Origin: a virus
Taxonomy: Duplodnaviria; Caudoviricetes
Virus record (IMG/VR): IMGVR_UViG_3300020235_000035
Location: 1 to 48,514 of that record
Strand: one strand, 5' to 3'
Length of the DNA: 48,514 nt
In this document: piece after piece, positions 45,744-48,514 of the stretch
How the letters are laid out: every line of letters starts with the position of its first letter
How positions within the stretch are numbered: position 1 is the first letter of the stretch
Position numbers and translations under genes: made by a program
Notes under the pieces: model-generated
Told to the model about the DNA's origin: nothing
What the model saw: only the letters and a program-made list of their open reading frames with translations
The model's database searches: none

Positions 45744-46552
45744 TGTTTTTTAACGTAGACTTTAAAGATATTAAGTTTCAATTAACACCTCACTTTTTAA
45801 GAAGGGATAATCTATTGAAGTTGATGTTTTCGGCAATCAAGCCGTTAAAGACTATCAATAACGATGGCGTAGTAGTAGAAAGTTTCGGGCAAAAGAATAG
45901 CAGTCTACATCAGTTTGTATTATTCATAACCAACTTTCTAAATTTTGATGCACGTACTATATTTCTGGAGAAATTCTTAAATGACATTTACGCTAAAGTT
46001 ACTGAAGGATGGAACGATCAAAAATCATATTTGATTGGAGACAAGATAATATTCGATGGGCAGAATTATATCGCATTAACCTCTAGTACAGGAAAGCAAC
46101 CCGATCTCAGTCCGGCAGATTGGGAAACCACGGGCATTGAGATAATAAACGACAATACCATTCAAGTACAATATCTATTCAATAATGCTGAACAGGGGAT
46201 TGATTTTTTTATGTTCAATAATTTCGATACCGCAATCAGTTATTCAACAGATGATTTTGTTGTTTTTGAAAATAAAGTTTTCCAGGCCAATACAGGTACT
46301 TCGCCAGGAGAAAGCCCGACAACAACTCCTGGTAAGTGGGATTTTGAACAAGACCTTGCTTTTGTATTCAGCTTTTCTGATTTGTTTCCTTTTGATTATC
46401 GCGTGCTTGTACCCTTGGATATTACCCTACAACCCGATTATTCAAATGACCGAATAAAAAACCAGATTAAGCAATTAAATGCTGCCGGACGAAGTTTCGA
46501 TGGTGTGGTAAAAGAAGACATAACAATTAAATTATTTAACTCAAGACAGTAA
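45743..46552 (+). CDS. Baseplate wedge (gpI-like) protein with two CBM5/12-like modules
   Basis: LTP.FLR, LEKFLND, DY.V.VP, AAG..F; follows the J-like gene. Confidence 0.65.
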   Translation: MFFNVDFKDIKFQLTPHFLRRDNLLKLMFSAIKPLKTINNDGVVVESFGQKNSSLHQFVLFITNFLNFDARTIFLEKFLNDIYAKVTEGWNDQKSYLIGDKIIFDGQNYIALTSSTGKQPDLSPADWETTGIEIINDNTIQVQYLFNNAEQGIDFFMFNNFDTAISYSTDDFVVFENKVFQANTGTSPGESPTTTPGKWDFEQDLAFVFSFSDLFPFDYRVLVPLDITLQPDYSNDRIKNQIKQLNAAGRSFDGVVKEDITIKLFNSRQ

Positions 46553-47310
46553 TGGACAAATTACGCACAGATTTATTAGGGGGATTACCTTTCGTATTAG
46601 ATGATATAAGACAATTTCTAGGAAGACTTACCTCTCCAGCAAATCATGGAATCTATCAAGCATTTAACAATATACTAGGAGGATTTGGTACAGACTTTAT
46701 AGTTCAGGGATGTGTCGTAAGCGGATCGACTGGAGCATTTAGCATTACTGAAGGATGGATTCTTTTAAGTGGAGAACTAATAAAAGTAGATGCCCAAGGC
46801 CCATTTGATGAGGCTGTTGATGGTACTTTTACAAAAGTAACTACGTTCGATTCAAGAGGTAATAAGGAGTTTCTTAATGGCTCTATTGCTGATACATACG
46901 AAAAAAACAGGGGAGTTTTAAGCGGACTTGGTGGCACATTGGCTTTTGATGGAAATACATTCTCTGATCTTAGGAGTATTACAGACATATCAGGTACAGA
47001 TACTCCATTAAAAACAAAGACTATTCCCATTGGAAATTGGAATATGGATGCAACTACTTCTGTGTTTGTTTCTCATGGAATCGCCGACCTTACAAAAATT
47101 AAGTCTGTAAGCGTTATGATACTTTCTGATGACATCCTTAGTATTACAGGTTTAGGATTTGTCCAATCTAGCGGCTCTATAATTCAGGGGGCAACTACAG
47201 GAGTTACAGATGTTATATTATTACGTGAATCTGGGGGTATATTTGATAATGCAACTTTCGATTCCCCGTCCTTTAATCGCGGATTTATTACTATTGAATT
47301 TGTAACATGA
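46552..47310 (+). CDS. Tail fibre/collar-like protein
   Basis: GG.PF..DD, I.QGC.V, GWI..SGEL N-terminus. Confidence 0.6.
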   Translation: MDKLRTDLLGGLPFVLDDIRQFLGRLTSPANHGIYQAFNNILGGFGTDFIVQGCVVSGSTGAFSITEGWILLSGELIKVDAQGPFDEAVDGTFTKVTTFDSRGNKEFLNGSIADTYEKNRGVLSGLGGTLAFDGNTFSDLRSITDISGTDTPLKTKTIPIGNWNMDATTSVFVSHGIADLTKIKSVSVMILSDDILSITGLGFVQSSGSIIQGATTGVTDVILLRESGGIFDNATFDSPSFNRGFITIEFVT

Positions 47311-48113
47311 TAACCCCTGAAGAAGAAGAAAATATATTTACAGGGATATGGGCAGGAGCAATAACGGTATTTTCTCTTCCGGTTATTCTTTTTTCAGATA
47401 CTTTTAAGGGGCTAGAAACTCGTTTATTTCGTGGTTTTGGCGGTAATCTCAATGATTTTGAAGAAGGTACAAGAGAATTTATTGTACTTACCAAGTTAAG
47501 AGAGAACTTAAATAAGTTCAGCGCAGCCAAGACCTTTCAAAACGTCAGGGATACGATAAACTTCCGGCTTGACGAAGGACAATTAAGACCTTTCCCTGAG
47601 TTTCGCCAAGATGCCAAAAAGATATTCGATACCTATAATGATGATTGGTTAAAGGCAGAATTTGAGACAACGGTAGGAATGGCACAATCAGCCGACCAAT
47701 GGATAGATGTTCAAAGGGATGAAAAAACTTTACCGCTTCTAAAGTATGTTACCGCAGGAGATGATAGGGTGCGCCCTGAACATGCTGCATGGGATGGGAT
47801 AGTAAAGCCTGTAAATGATCCATTCTGGGATACACACAACCCGCCAAACGGTTATAGGTGCAGATGTATCACTATTCAATTAGAAGAAGGAGAGGAGGAC
47901 GTAACTAATCTCGGTAAGCATTTGGAAAAGGTAAAAAAGGAAACGGACGGCAAGATAACAACGTTGGCGAATGATGATTCATTATTTGCTATTAATCCAG
48001 GCAAAGTTCCTTTCATATTCAAAGACAAAGGAGATACGCCGCATCCTTATTTCCGTGTCCCAAGAGTTTTAAATGATTTGAAAAAACGAAACTTCAACAT
48101 GCCTACTGTATGA
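47307..48113 (+). CDS. Minor head protein (MuF/SPP1 gp7-like)
   Basis: WL.AEF.T, Y.TAGDDRVRPEH..WDG, FWD...PPNGYRCRC, F..NPG. Confidence 0.9.
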   Translation: MITPEEEENIFTGIWAGAITVFSLPVILFSDTFKGLETRLFRGFGGNLNDFEEGTREFIVLTKLRENLNKFSAAKTFQNVRDTINFRLDEGQLRPFPEFRQDAKKIFDTYNDDWLKAEFETTVGMAQSADQWIDVQRDEKTLPLLKYVTAGDDRVRPEHAAWDGIVKPVNDPFWDTHNPPNGYRCRCITIQLEEGEEDVTNLGKHLEKVKKETDGKITTLANDDSLFAINPGKVPFIFKDKGDTPHPYFRVPRVLNDLKKRNFNMPTV

Positions 48114-48514
48114 GCGTAAAAAAGGTCGGTAGTTTTAAATTCAAATTCACCAAGCGATTGTTCGCAAGTAAAAAACGAAGCCTACCTATTATATTGGGTA
48201 ATGTTGCTAAGAATTTCTTTTTAGCAACCTTTAGAAAAGGAGGGTTTACTGATGTTGGATTTAAACGATGGAAACAACGAAGAAAACGATTAGGAAGGGG
48301 TCGTACTTCACCTACATTAAAAGAGGCTGCTAATCTTACATTAACGGGAAAATTAAAAAGATCAATAAGGGTAAGGCCAGCTACCTTTAAATTAACCCGT
48401 ATCTTCACCAATGTGGTGTATGCAGGGATTCATAACTTTGGATTACAGGGATTAGCCTTTGGCAAGACTTCTTTTAAAATGCCAGAGAGGGAGTTTATAG
48501 GTAATTCAAGAGTA
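48110..48514 (+). CDS. 5' part of phage virion morphogenesis protein (continues at 1-198 when circularised)
   Basis: ATG 48110 overlaps the MuF stop; F...F.K.GF, W..R, L..TG.L..SI motifs; no stop before the window end. Confidence 0.8.
   Translation, partial: MSVKKVGSFKFKFTKRLFASKKRSLPIILGNVAKNFFLATFRKGGFTDVGFKRWKQRRKRLGRGRTSPTLKEAANLTLTGKLKRSIRVRPATFKLTRIFTNVVYAGIHNFGLQGLAFGKTSFKMPEREFIGNSRV
48374..48514. repeat. Terminal direct repeat, right copy
   Basis: Identical to 1-141. Confidence 0.95.

Noticed and set aside
48374-48514. 141-bp terminal repeat as a biological DTR
   Set aside because: It falls mid-gene and its length matches a common assembler k-mer overlap; treated as evidence of circularity only
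1-48514. CRISPR array, DGR/retron reverse transcriptase, tRNA genes, alternative genetic code
   Set aside because: No repeat-spacer array, RT motifs, TR/VR pair or cloverleaf noticed by eye; genes are full length under the standard code with all three stops in use

Overview
Apparently complete, circularly assembled ~48.37 kb tailed-phage genome (bases 1-141 repeat exactly at 48374-48514). The host is probably Bacteroidota, judged from many TAnnTTTG promoter boxes and a T9SS-sorted cargo protein. It has a Mu-like morphogenesis set: DUF935-like portal, MuF, ClpP protease-scaffold, capsid, contractile sheath/tube, frameshifted tail chaperone, tape measure and baseplate. It also carries a lysis block, an ERF/DUF3127/NinB/NinG recombination block and terminase. 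No integrase or Mu transposase is recognisable. About 20% of the genome is two cargo-carrying insertions. (i) A 5.3-kb element (8088-13372) bounded by perfect 18-bp TGT...ACA inverted repeats and a 6-bp target duplication sits between tape measure and baseplate. It carries three diverged copies of a tail-to-tail overlapping two-gene module (a ~40-aa amphipathic peptide plus an ~80-aa C-x2-H/C...CC protein), a long structured RNA leader, an RCC1-repeat T9SS protein and a nested IS1380. This is the best candidate for an undescribed system. (ii) A 4.36-kb IS1595 transporter element (24-bp TIRs, 8-bp TSD) carries KilA-N and P63C cargo. Other notable items are a small RNA complementary to the leader of the adjacent early operon (20.7-21.1 kb) and five CBM5/12-like modules grafted into four virion proteins. 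All family assignments come from motif recognition by eye, not database searches.
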